Shown here: piece after piece, positions 1 to 8,380 of the stretch
Layout of the letters: each line of letters begins with the position of its first letter
Position numbering within the stretch: the first letter of the stretch is position 1
Origin: an uncultured Planctomycetales bacterium
GTDB lineage: Bacteria > Planctomycetota > Phycisphaerae > UBA1845 > PWPN01
Length of the DNA stretch: 42,520 bases
Reading direction: 5' to 3'
NCBI GenBank assembly: GCA_964617025.1
Contig: CAZTVU010000015.1
Span: forward strand, 1-42,520
The notes under the pieces: model-generated
Told to the model about the DNA's origin: nothing
The model's input: only the letters and a program-made list of their open reading frames with translations
Database searches by the model: none
Made by a program: the position numbers and the translations under genes

Positions 1-1580
1 TCGGCCTGGGCGATCTCGATCGAATCCCGCCCGCCGATGGAAAGGATCTCCGCGGCCGGCGGCAACTGGGCGATCGTGGTGATGTCCGCGGGGATTCGCA
101 TCGTCGTCGTCTGCTCAGGCTGGTCGCCGACCTTCCAGGTCAGGACCACCTTGCCGCCCGCCGCCTCGAAGAACTTCAACGCCAGGTCGTTCCAGGTGTG
201 GATCGCCTGACCGTCGGCCTTCGTAATGACTGCGCCGGCCGGTATCACGCCGTCGCACAACCCGCTTGCGGCGGTCGGGCGCCCGTCGGGCTCGGTGGCC
301 AGCCGCGCGACGACCACCGGCCCCTCCTCCTGGGCGCCGATTCCTACGCCCACCTCGGGCTTGCCGCGGCCAAACCAGCCCGTGCGCTTGGGTCGGACGG
401 TCGTCCGGATCGGCCGGCCGTCGCGTTCCACCACCACCGGCAGGTCTTTCTCCGGATTGGCCTCGATGGACGCCGCCACCTCCGCGAACGTCGGGCCGAC
501 GATCCCGTTCCATTCGACGATCACGTCGCCCTCGCGGATGCCCGCCAGGTCGGCGCGGCCGCCCGGGGCCACGCGGACGACCTTCCGGCGCGGAACGAGA
601 CCGAGCAGGTGCCCCACCGCGTTCGGCGCTTCCTCGGTCGCCTCGAAGTCGACCCAGGCCCGCCGGCTGCACGTCACACGCTCCTTCTTCGACGGGTCCT
701 TCGGATCCGGCCGATTCACCACGATCGTGATGCGCGCCCCGCGAGCGGCCCGCAGTTGATGATAGACCTCGAAGAAGTCCCGGACCGGCCGCCCGTTCAC
801 CTCGACGATCTCGTCGCCCGGCTGGAGCGAGTCGGGACGCGGCGGGCCGGGCTCGGGCGCGACGGCCACGAGGAGGTTCGTGTACTTGGGCGGCACGCCG
901 ATTTGCAGGACGTTCTTCTCCGGGTCGTTCTGCGGCGTCACGCGGACCGCGATGACCTTGCCGTCGCGACTGATCTTGAGGTTCAGAGGCGTGTGGGGCT
1001 CGGCGAGCACGATCGCCATCTTGAAGTCGAAGTAATCGCGAACCGGTTTCTCGTTCACCTCGAGAATGCGGTCGCCGTACTGCAGGCCCGCCTTGTCCGC
1101 CGGCGACCCGGGCAGCGGCGCGCCGATCACGGGCACCGGCGCCTCGCGGCCGATCATGAAGACGAGCATGAACAGCAGCGCCGCGAAGATGAGATTCATC
1201 ACGACGCCGGCCGAGACGATCATCATCCGCCGTCCGACGGGCTGCCGGCCGAAGGCGCGGGGGTCGTCCTTGACGACCAGGTCGCCGTTCGCGTCGACCG
1301 CGAAGTCGTCCTGACCGAGCATCCGCACATAGCCGCCCAGCGGAAGGATATTGAACGAGTACCGGGTCTCGCCGCGCGTGAACCCGACGATCTCCTTTCC
1401 GAAGCCGATGGCGAACTTTTCGACCTTCACGCCGGCCCACTTCGCGACGGCGAAGTGGCCGAGCTCATGCGTGAAAATCACGAACGAGAAGCCCGCGACG
1501 ATCAGCAGGATCGCCAGCGGGGTCTCGAAGATCCCCGCCAGAACCGTCGTCGCCATGAGTGCCGCACTGACGTCCGTCAT
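1..1580 (-). CDS. rseP: RIP metalloprotease RseP (site-2 protease), C-terminus runs off the left edge
   Basis: Not in the ORF track because the frame is open at base 1. Hand translation of the minus strand from ATG 1580 gives MTDVSAALMATTVLAGIFETPLAILLIVAGFSFVIFTHELGHFAVAKWAGVKVEKFAIGFGKEIVGF...LPLGGYVRMLGQDD. This contains the HExxH motif HELGH, followed by PDZ-like blocks (PLPGSPADKAGLQYGDRILEVNEKPV; VAPGGRADLAGIREGDVIVEWNG). There is an ATGA overlap with the dxr stop at 1577-1580. The dxr-rseP synteny is classical. Confidence 0.85.
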   Translation of the reverse strand, partial: MTDVSAALMATTVLAGIFETPLAILLIVAGFSFVIFTHELGHFAVAKWAGVKVEKFAIGFGKEIVGFTRGETRYSFNILPLGGYVRMLGQDDFAVDANGDLVVKDDPRAFGRQPVGRRMMIVSAGVVMNLIFAALLFMLVFMIGREAPVPVIGAPLPGSPADKAGLQYGDRILEVNEKPVRDYFDFKMAIVLAEPHTPLNLKISRDGKVIAVRVTPQNDPEKNVLQIGVPPKYTNLLVAVAPEPGPPRPDSLQPGDEIVEVNGRPVRDFFEVYHQLRAARGARITIVVNRPDPKDPSKKERVTCSRRAWVDFEATEEAPNAVGHLLGLVPRRKVVRVAPGGRADLAGIREGDVIVEWNGIVGPTFAEVAASIEANPEKDLPVVVERDGRPIRTTVRPKRTGWFGRGKPEVGVGIGAQEEGPVVVARLATEPDGRPTAASGLCDGVIPAGAVITKADGQAIHTWNDLALKFFEAAGGKVVLTWKVGDQPEQTTTMRIPADITTIAQLPPAAEILSIGGRDSIEIAQA

Positions 1581-2728
1581 GCATTCAAGCATCGCGCAAC
1601 CTCGTCCCTGGCCCACCGGTCGGCGGCGAGCAGGTCATTCATCGTCGGGTCGGACACCACGCGGTGCCGCCGGAGCGCCTCCTCCACCAGGGGCACCACC
1701 CGCCCGAACGGGATCCGCGATTCGCGGAACGCCTCGACCGCCACCTCGTTCGCGGCATTGAAGACCGCACCGGCCGTCCCGCCGGTTCGCGCAACCTCAT
1801 AGCCGAGACGGAGCGCCGGGAAGCGATCCAGGTCGGGCGGCTCGAAGTTCAGCCGGCGGATCGTCGACCAATCCAGCCGGTCGCTGCAGCCCGGATGCCG
1901 CTCCGGGAACGTCAACGCATATTGGATCGGCGTCCGCATGTCCGGCGTGCCCAACTGCGCCACCACCGACCCGTCGCAAAACTCCACCATCGAGTGGATG
2001 ATCGACTCCGGATGGATCAGGACTTCAATGGCATCCACATCGACGCCGAACAGCCACTTCGCCTCGATGATCTCGAGGGCCTTGTTCATCAGTGTCGCCG
2101 AGTCGATCGTCACCTTCGGCCCCATGTTCCACGTCGGATGCCGAAGGGCATCCTCCACGGTCGCCTCGGCCATCTGCTCGGCCGTCCATGTGCGGAACGG
2201 ACCGCCGGACGCCGTCAGGTAGATCCTGCGGACCTCCTCCCGCCGGCCCGCCTGCATCGACTGAAAGATGGCCGAGTGCTCGCTGTCGATCGGTACGAGC
2301 CGCGCCCCCGTCTGGTTCAGCCGGGGGACGATCAGCGACCCGGCGACGACCAGGGCCTCTTTGTTCGCCAGGGCAACGGTCATCCCCGCTTCGACGGCCT
2401 CGACCGTCGCGGGCAGCCCCGCCGCCCCGACCACCGCGGCAACGACCACATCACACCCGCATCGCCGCACGAGTTCGCACAACGACGACTCGCCCGTCAG
2501 AATCTCCGTGGCCCCGTTCACCGTCTGCCGCAGACGCCGGGCCGCCGCTTCATCCGACAGGGCGGCCGCCCGGGGCCGCCACTGCCGCACCTGGCCGGAC
2601 AGGATCTCCCAGCTTGACTTGGCCGCCAGACCGCACACCTGACACGCCCCGCCCAGATTGGCGGCCACATCGAGCGTACTCCGCCCGATCGAGCCGGTGG
2701 ATCCGAGGATGGCGATTCGCTTGGTCAT
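1577..2728 (-). CDS. dxr: 1-deoxy-D-xylulose 5-phosphate reductoisomerase
   Basis: 383-aa ORF. N-terminal NADPH fingerprint ILGSTGSIGRSTLDV, plus conserved PIDSEHSAIFQ and MNKALEIIEAKWLF blocks. Full length for Dxr. Confidence 0.95.
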   Translation of the reverse strand: MTKRIAILGSTGSIGRSTLDVAANLGGACQVCGLAAKSSWEILSGQVRQWRPRAAALSDEAAARRLRQTVNGATEILTGESSLCELVRRCGCDVVVAAVVGAAGLPATVEAVEAGMTVALANKEALVVAGSLIVPRLNQTGARLVPIDSEHSAIFQSMQAGRREEVRRIYLTASGGPFRTWTAEQMAEATVEDALRHPTWNMGPKVTIDSATLMNKALEIIEAKWLFGVDVDAIEVLIHPESIIHSMVEFCDGSVVAQLGTPDMRTPIQYALTFPERHPGCSDRLDWSTIRRLNFEPPDLDRFPALRLGYEVARTGGTAGAVFNAANEVAVEAFRESRIPFGRVVPLVEEALRRHRVVSDPTMNDLLAADRWARDEVARCLNA

Positions 2729-2794
2729 GCGGGAATCGACCGGTCGCCAAGGGTGCGGGCACGCCCGAGGCGTGAGGCATCCTTGAGACCTGAT

Positions 2795-2823
2795 ACTATA
2801 TGGCCCCCCGATCCCCCAGGCAA
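2795..2823 (-). promoter_or_regulatory. sigma70-like promoter candidate for dxr-rseP (TTGCCT-N17-TATAGT)
   Basis: Read on the minus strand, the -35 TTGCCT is at 2823-2818, followed by a 17-nt spacer and the -10 TATAGT at 2800-2795. It lies about 65 nt upstream of the dxr ATG. Motif match only. Confidence 0.4.
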
Positions 2824-2830
2824 GCCGTCG

Positions 2831-2859
2831 TTGATGCCGCTAACTATTGCACCTATAAT
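2831..2859 (+). promoter_or_regulatory. sigma70-like promoter candidate for the NUDIX-rhomboid operon (TTGATG-N17-TATAAT)
   Basis: -35 TTGATG at 2831-2836, a 17-nt spacer, and a perfect -10 TATAAT at 2854-2859. It sits back-to-back with the dxr promoter, with the two -35 boxes 7 bp apart. Motif match only. Confidence 0.45.
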
Positions 2860-2902
2860 GCCTTGTGTCGTCTGGACCTGCGGAACACGCGGAAAGACCC
2901 TC

Positions 2903-3418
2903 ATGCCGGAAATTCTCCTCAGGGCTCGCAAGTTCCTCGTCGAGCGTCGCGAGTACGCCGTGCCCGGCCGCCCGCCGATCATCCGCGAGATCGTGGTGCA
3001 TCCCGGAGCGGTCCTCGTGCTACCGCTGCTGACCGCTACGGAGGTCGTGCTGATCCACAACTACCGATACGCCGTTGACCGAGAATTGCTGGAACTGCCG
3101 GCGGGTACGCTGGACCCCGGCGAGGATCCGGCCGCGTGTGCCGCCCGGGAATTGGAGGAGGAGACCGGTTACCGCGCGGGGCGGCTGGAGCCGATGGGCG
3201 AGTTCTACACCACACCGGGCTTCACTGACGAGCGGATGTGGTGCTTTGTTGCGCATGAATTGAAACGGACCGCCCAGTGTCTCGATGCGGGCGAACGGAT
3301 CCGGCCGGAGGTCGTGCCGCTGACCCGTGCGATCGAGTGGATTCGGGACGGTCGCATTGTGGACGGCAAGACGATCGCCCTCCTGCTGCGCTATCACCTG
3401 GAACGGGGGGTGAGTTGA
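2903..3418 (+). CDS. NUDIX hydrolase (ADP-ribose pyrophosphatase-like)
   Basis: Nudix box GTLDPGEDPAACAARELEEETGY fits Gx5Ex7REUxEExGU. I moved the start to ATG 2903 (MPEILLRARKF). The listed ORF start 2753 is a GTG inside the divergent promoter region. Confidence 0.85.
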   Translation: MPEILLRARKFLVERREYAVPGRPPIIREIVVHPGAVLVLPLLTATEVVLIHNYRYAVDRELLELPAGTLDPGEDPAACAARELEEETGYRAGRLEPMGEFYTTPGFTDERMWCFVAHELKRTAQCLDAGERIRPEVVPLTRAIEWIRDGRIVDGKTIALLLRYHLERGVS

Positions 3419-4293
3419 TGTCCTGGCGCGATCGGCCCTACGCCGACGAGGACGGGCAGCCGGAGCTTCGCCTGGCGCTGCCGCGACCCACGACGGCCGT
3501 CGTCTGGCTGCTGGTGGCCAACGGCACGGCATTCGTCGCGGACGTCATCTCACAGCATGCCGATCCCTTCTTCTGGCATCGGGTCTTCGGATTGAGCTGG
3601 AACGGCCTGTTCGGCGGTCACGTCTGGCAACCGCTGACCTACATGTTCACCCACGGCAGCGTGCTGCACCTGCTGTGCAACATGCTTGGGCTGTACATCT
3701 TTGGGATGGAGTTCGAGCGGGCGTTCGGCCGAGACCGGTTTCTCACGTTCTACGCTCTGTGCGGGCTGGTCGGCGGCATCGCCTATCTGGCCGCGCAGGC
3801 GTTCGAGTGGGTTCCGCGATCCGTCCCCCTGGTCGGAGCCAGCGGCGCGATCTACGGCCTTCTGATCGCGGCGATCATTTTCTTTCCGCACATCCGGGTC
3901 GTGCTGATCATCTTTCCGATGCCGATCCGGGTGTTCGGCCTGATCGTTGCGGGCATCCTGTTCATCCGGCTGATCAGCCCGGGAACCGTGGAGAACCTCG
4001 GCGGCGAGATCTGCCACGTCGCGGGGGCGGCGGCCGGCGTGGGGGCCCTTTACGCCTGGCGGATGATGCCGCGAATCCGCCTGGGGGCCGGGCGTCGCGC
4101 GATGCAGACGGGCGCCTGGCAGCGGAAACTCGAGCTGGAGCAGGAGGAGCAGGACGAGGTCGATCGGATCCTCGCCAAGGTGAGCGAGTCGGGCCTGCAG
4201 AGCCTCACCCGCCGTGAACGCCGCGTGCTCGCGGAGGCGACGCAGCGGCAACAGGAGCGGGACAGGCGTACGGGCCGCATCGACCGGATCTAG
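3418..4293 (+). CDS. rhomboid family intramembrane serine protease
   Basis: HxxxN motif (HLLCNML), catalytic GASGAIYG, and a TM6 His in CHVAGAAAG. ATG 3418 shares one base with the NUDIX stop (TGATG). There is a charged C-terminal extension (ILAKVSESGLQSLTRRERRVLAEA). Confidence 0.85.
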   Translation: MSWRDRPYADEDGQPELRLALPRPTTAVVWLLVANGTAFVADVISQHADPFFWHRVFGLSWNGLFGGHVWQPLTYMFTHGSVLHLLCNMLGLYIFGMEFERAFGRDRFLTFYALCGLVGGIAYLAAQAFEWVPRSVPLVGASGAIYGLLIAAIIFFPHIRVVLIIFPMPIRVFGLIVAGILFIRLISPGTVENLGGEICHVAGAAAGVGALYAWRMMPRIRLGAGRRAMQTGAWQRKLELEQEEQDEVDRILAKVSESGLQSLTRRERRVLAEATQRQQERDRRTGRIDRI

Positions 4294-4358
4294 AACCGCC
4301 GGCTCGCCGCGCGACGCGCGGAGGCCCGAACGCAGCCTCGTCGTAGAACCCGCACCCG

Positions 4359-5105
4359 TTGGAGACACCGGAGAGGTCCGTGAGCATCGTCGCCGCGCTA
4401 CACATCCACACCCGCCACAGCTACGACTGCCTCATGCGTCCGGCGGCAATCATCGAAGCGGGAGTGCGGGCGGGGATCGACCTGATGCTCGTGTGCGATC
4501 ACGACTCGCTCGCCGGCGGTCTGGAGGCCGTGGAGGCCGCCCGGGGCCGACCGGTCCACGTGATCGCCGGCGCGGAGTACTACACCGAGCTGGGCGACGT
4601 GATCGTGATGGGCATCGAGCGGGAGTTCCCTTGCCGCGACGCCGAATTCGTCTTCGCCGAGGCCGCCCGACAGGGCGTGCTGACGATCCTCCCGCACCCG
4701 GCCAAGAGCCACAAGGAGCATGAAATGCTCGTCGCCCGTGCGGATGTGATCGAAATCGTCAACGCTCGTACGTACCCGCACCTCAACGAGCGTGCCGCCG
4801 AGTGGGCGGCGAAGGCGGGCAAGCCGGTGATCGCCGGCAGCGACGCCCACTTCCTGCACGAGATCCTGCACGCCCTGACGATCTTCGAGGGCGACTGGGA
4901 CCTTCGCGACCCCGCGGCGGTCCGCGAGATGTTCCTCCGCGCCCCGCGCCGGTGCGAACTTCGCCGGCCGACCGGCTACCGCGACTTTATGAAGTCGCAG
5001 TACGTCAAGGCGTACAAGCAGCGTCGGCCCCGCGTGGCCTGGCAGACGACGATCAAGGCGGCGAAGAAGGCATGGCGGACCGTAACGGGCCGGCCGGAGC
5101 CATAA
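4359..5105 (+). CDS. PHP (polymerase/histidinol-phosphatase) domain metal-dependent phosphoesterase
   Basis: LHIHTRHSYDC, CDHDSL and a late GSDAHF motif are typical of the PHP fold. The start is uncertain: TTG 4359 or in-frame GTG 4380, which is preceded by GAGAGG. Confidence 0.75.
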   Translation: METPERSVSIVAALHIHTRHSYDCLMRPAAIIEAGVRAGIDLMLVCDHDSLAGGLEAVEAARGRPVHVIAGAEYYTELGDVIVMGIEREFPCRDAEFVFAEAARQGVLTILPHPAKSHKEHEMLVARADVIEIVNARTYPHLNERAAEWAAKAGKPVIAGSDAHFLHEILHALTIFEGDWDLRDPAAVREMFLRAPRRCELRRPTGYRDFMKSQYVKAYKQRRPRVAWQTTIKAAKKAWRTVTGRPEP

Positions 5106-5244
5106 GGGACGGCCGTCTATGTATCCCGCTGCGGACGACCGGCTTTGGACCAACGCTTTCGCCTGTGACAATCGAACTCCGTCGCCTGCGGACCCGCACG
5201 GAGCGGTATGAGGCAGGGGCGGCGGTTGTGATCTCGCCCGTTGT

Positions 5245-6042
5245 TCAGACGATGCCGGTCCGGGGCGGGCGATCGGTGTTCGCGCCGTCAGGCGGCGAAA
5301 GCAGCGGGGCGAGGCGGTGACGGGCGAAGGCCACCGTGGCCGTGCCGACGTGGTGGCCGTGGTTGCCGAAGCGCCGCATGTCCGCGTCCCACCAGATGTG
5401 GCGAAGCTTGCCGCCCCACGGTTCGCCGCCCGCGGGGGCATCGGGCGGCGGTCGAAACCCCACGAGCCCGGCCGCGCGGCAGTGCTTCCGATCGATCGTG
5501 CCGAACACCGTCGTGCCCAGTCCCAGGAAGCCGTAATCGCGCCGACTCGCGAGGGCGTAGCAGCGGTCCACGTTTTGCAGGGCCGCGCCCAGTGGGTAGT
5601 CGGGCGAAAGCGCGGAGCAACAGAGCACCAGCGTGTTGATCCGCGCCAAGCCGCCGAGATGCTCGGCGGCGAAGACGGCGATGCCGGTGCCGCCGCTCCA
5701 CGCCACGACGTGCAGCGGTGCGCCGGGATAGTCTCGGTGGAAACGGCGAATGACGCGGGCGAAGCGCAGGCCTTCCACACGGTTTCGTCGCAGCCAGACC
5801 AGGTCGGCAAGCAGCTCGCCCCGCGGGCCGACATGCCAGTCGTAGGCGTAGGTTGCGAGCGGCAGACCTGCCTCGCGGAAGCCCCGGCGGGCCGTCACGG
5901 GGGCGAGCAGGATCCCGCCGATCCCGTCCAGAAGAAACACGGTGCCACGGCGCGGATCGCCTTCGAGCGTCGGCACGCGAAGCGGCCACCCCTCCCGTAC
6001 GGCCGCCGCCACCATCCCCAGCCTCGACAGCAGCACCCGCAT
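5245..6042 (-). CDS. alpha/beta-hydrolase-like protein (function unknown)
   Basis: 265-aa ORF with normal composition. Nucleophile-elbow-like VVAWSGGTG (A-x-S-x-G). It starts 30 nt after the GH42-like stop on the same strand. Confidence 0.6.
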   Translation of the reverse strand: MRVLLSRLGMVAAAVREGWPLRVPTLEGDPRRGTVFLLDGIGGILLAPVTARRGFREAGLPLATYAYDWHVGPRGELLADLVWLRRNRVEGLRFARVIRRFHRDYPGAPLHVVAWSGGTGIAVFAAEHLGGLARINTLVLCCSALSPDYPLGAALQNVDRCYALASRRDYGFLGLGTTVFGTIDRKHCRAAGLVGFRPPPDAPAGGEPWGGKLRHIWWDADMRRFGNHGHHVGTATVAFARHRLAPLLSPPDGANTDRPPRTGIV

Positions 6043-6071
6043 CGACAGCCCCCGTCCTTTCGTCGCGGCGT

Positions 6072-8339
6072 TTACTCAACGAGCAGCACACGGGCCTCGA
6101 CCGGCTTGAGTTCGATGGAGAACCGGGCCTCGCCCTCCTTCTCGCCCGGCTCCAGGACCACTGCAGCGCCCGACAAGAGATCCGATATCTTTGCAGCCGG
6201 CCCGACCGCGATACGCGCATTCGCCTTCGCCGGGACCTCGCCGTGATTGAGCACAATCACCAGACGCTTTCCCCCGGCGGCCGTCAACACGCGGGCCTCC
6301 ACCGCGGCCGGCGGAGGCTCACACAGCAGCGTGACCGGCGGCCGGGCACCGGCCCAGGCGGCGCCGCCCTGAATCAGTTTGAGCGCATTCGCGTTGAGCG
6401 ACTCGTCGAAGTGTCGGCACACGGGCGTCGCCGCATAGATCGTCCGACCCTTGCCGAACGTGCCGACGACGATCGCGGGGTCGCCATCTTCAAACTCCGC
6501 GACGACCTCGGCGCCGTCCAGGACCTCCAACTGCTCCTGCCACCTGGTCGTCGGGACCTCGGTGCCGACCGGCAGGCCGGCCACGGCTGGATGCGCCCTG
6601 GTGATCTTCAGCTTGCCGGTCGGCCGCGGGTTGGTCTGCACCTCCTTGCACCGGAGAACCTCCGCCATCCCCGCGCCCGGCACCGTCTCGTACAAGAACG
6701 TGCGATCGTCCTTGAACCCGCACCACATGTCCGCGAACAACGTCCCGCCGTTCTCGACATACGTGCGGAGCCGCGCCCCTTCGGCCCTCGACAGCGTGTA
6801 CCCGAACGGCACACAGAGGATCCTGTAGCGGCTCAGGTCGCGCTTGAGGAGCTGCTCGGTCACCAGGAAGTCCACCGGCAGCCCCGCCCGCCACATCGCG
6901 CGGTACGCGCCACGGACGCTGCGGATGTAAACCGCTTCGTCGCCATCGCCGTAAGCGTGGATGGATGTTCGCGGGCTGTGAAAGATCGCCACCTCCGCCG
7001 GCGCCGGCCGGGCCGAGCGGAGCAGCCCCGCATGCCGCTGGAGTTGCTCGCAGACCTCGCCGGCCGCGCGGGCGCGGTCGGTCAGGCTGCCGTCGTAATG
7101 GACGAGTCCGAAGCCGCCCGCCTCGATGCCCGTCGTCTCCGGCCGCCAGTTCCAGAAAAAGATGCCGCTTGCCCCGTGCGCGATGGACTGCCAGACCCAC
7201 AGGCGGATGTCCTGCGGTCGCGGAAACTGCGAGCGGTAAAGCAGGCCGTTGATGGTGGGGCCGCCCTGGAGTTCCTCGACCCACATCGGCTTGCCGTCGC
7301 CCGCGGAGCGGACGCCGTCCAGGACCATCCCGGCAAAGGCGGGTTCGTAGAACCCGTGGCCGTACTGGATCCAGTAGGGAAACAGCGACAGGCCCACCAC
7401 GTCGAAGTGCTTGCCGATGGCGTATTCATCGGTCGAACCGTAGACATATGCCGCGCCCCAGCTACCGATGTGGCACGTGATGGGGCGGCTGCGGTCGGCC
7501 CGTCGGGCGGCGTCGGCCTTGAGCCCCTGGGCCTCGGCCACGTTCTGCAGCATGAACTCGCGCCAATCGACCCAGTGGACCTGCGCCCGCTCGAAGATCC
7601 CCGTGCGGACCGGCCGGATCTCCGACCAGTCGCCGTAGTATGTGGACCAGGTCTCGTTGAGCTTGCCGAGCGTCCCGTACTTGCGGCGGAGCCAATCACG
7701 ATATCGCCGTACCGTGTGGTCGCAGTAGCAGTAGAGGCGCGACGTCCGTGCCTGGTCGATCGGGTTGTTGATCGTTGAGACCCAGTTGCCCGCCTCCGCG
7801 CCGACGTCCCATGCCAGGACCGACGGCCGGTCCTTGTAACGGCTCACGACCCGGTGCACGAACGCCGCCACCATCTGGCGCACGGTCGGATGGTCCCAGC
7901 AGGCCATTTCGGGGCGGTAGCCGTCGGAGGCGATCATCTCGCTGTCGGGGTACGCCCGCGCCACCCACTCGGGCTGCAGCTCGGGCCAGGGCCACAGCAG
8001 CAGCCGCAGGCCGTGCTTCTCGGCCAGCTTGACGAGCTTGTCGAGCCGCTCGAAGCGGAATCGCCCCGGCGCCGTCTCGATGTCGCACCAGTCGACGTGA
8101 ACGGCCACGCTGTTGAACCGCGCCTCCCGCATCCGGGCGAAGTCGCCGTCGAGGTACCTGACGTACTCCTCCATGTCCGGCAGGTAGTGCTGCCAGTGCG
8201 GGATGGTGCACATGTGCATGGCCCCGTACGGGAAGAACGAGTCCTCCTTCGGGGGTTCCGCGGCGAGCGCGTGGACACCGCAACCCGCCGCCAGGGCACA
8301 CGCCCACCACCGGGCCCGATCCGAAAACCGGCCCGCCAT
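6072..8339 (-). CDS. secreted GH42-like beta-galactosidase family glycoside hydrolase
   Basis: I moved the start to ATG 8339, with GGAGG 8 nt upstream. Signal-peptide-like MAGRFSDRARWWACALAAGCGVHALAA. TIM-barrel blocks FNSVAVHVDWCDIETAPGRFRFERLDKLVKLAEKHGLRLLLWPW and SVLAWDVGAEAG. The middle domain (YRILCVPFGYTL...GGTLFADMW) resembles the GH42 trimerisation/GATase-like domain. The 119 upstream codons of the listed ORF overlap the preceding gene and are Arg/Gly-rich. Confidence 0.8.
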   Translation of the reverse strand: MAGRFSDRARWWACALAAGCGVHALAAEPPKEDSFFPYGAMHMCTIPHWQHYLPDMEEYVRYLDGDFARMREARFNSVAVHVDWCDIETAPGRFRFERLDKLVKLAEKHGLRLLLWPWPELQPEWVARAYPDSEMIASDGYRPEMACWDHPTVRQMVAAFVHRVVSRYKDRPSVLAWDVGAEAGNWVSTINNPIDQARTSRLYCYCDHTVRRYRDWLRRKYGTLGKLNETWSTYYGDWSEIRPVRTGIFERAQVHWVDWREFMLQNVAEAQGLKADAARRADRSRPITCHIGSWGAAYVYGSTDEYAIGKHFDVVGLSLFPYWIQYGHGFYEPAFAGMVLDGVRSAGDGKPMWVEELQGGPTINGLLYRSQFPRPQDIRLWVWQSIAHGASGIFFWNWRPETTGIEAGGFGLVHYDGSLTDRARAAGEVCEQLQRHAGLLRSARPAPAEVAIFHSPRTSIHAYGDGDEAVYIRSVRGAYRAMWRAGLPVDFLVTEQLLKRDLSRYRILCVPFGYTLSRAEGARLRTYVENGGTLFADMWCGFKDDRTFLYETVPGAGMAEVLRCKEVQTNPRPTGKLKITRAHPAVAGLPVGTEVPTTRWQEQLEVLDGAEVVAEFEDGDPAIVVGTFGKGRTIYAATPVCRHFDESLNANALKLIQGGAAWAGARPPVTLLCEPPPAAVEARVLTAAGGKRLVIVLNHGEVPAKANARIAVGPAAKISDLLSGAAVVLEPGEKEGEARFSIELKPVEARVLLVE

Positions 8340-8380
8340 CGCAGAGACCTCCTTTTCCGGACGGCCGCGGCCATCGAGCG

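Noticed and set aside
115-1440. 441-aa minus-strand ORF at the left edge.
   Set aside because: It is in a different frame from the HELGH/PDZ-containing rseP reading frame on the same strand, and it is extremely Arg/Gly-rich. The real gene is the edge-open frame starting at 1580.
5288-6256. 322-aa minus-strand and 309-aa plus-strand ORFs overlapping the alpha/beta-hydrolase gene.
   Set aside because: Arg/Pro/Ala-rich shadow frames. The 5245-6042 frame has balanced composition and a nucleophile-elbow motif.
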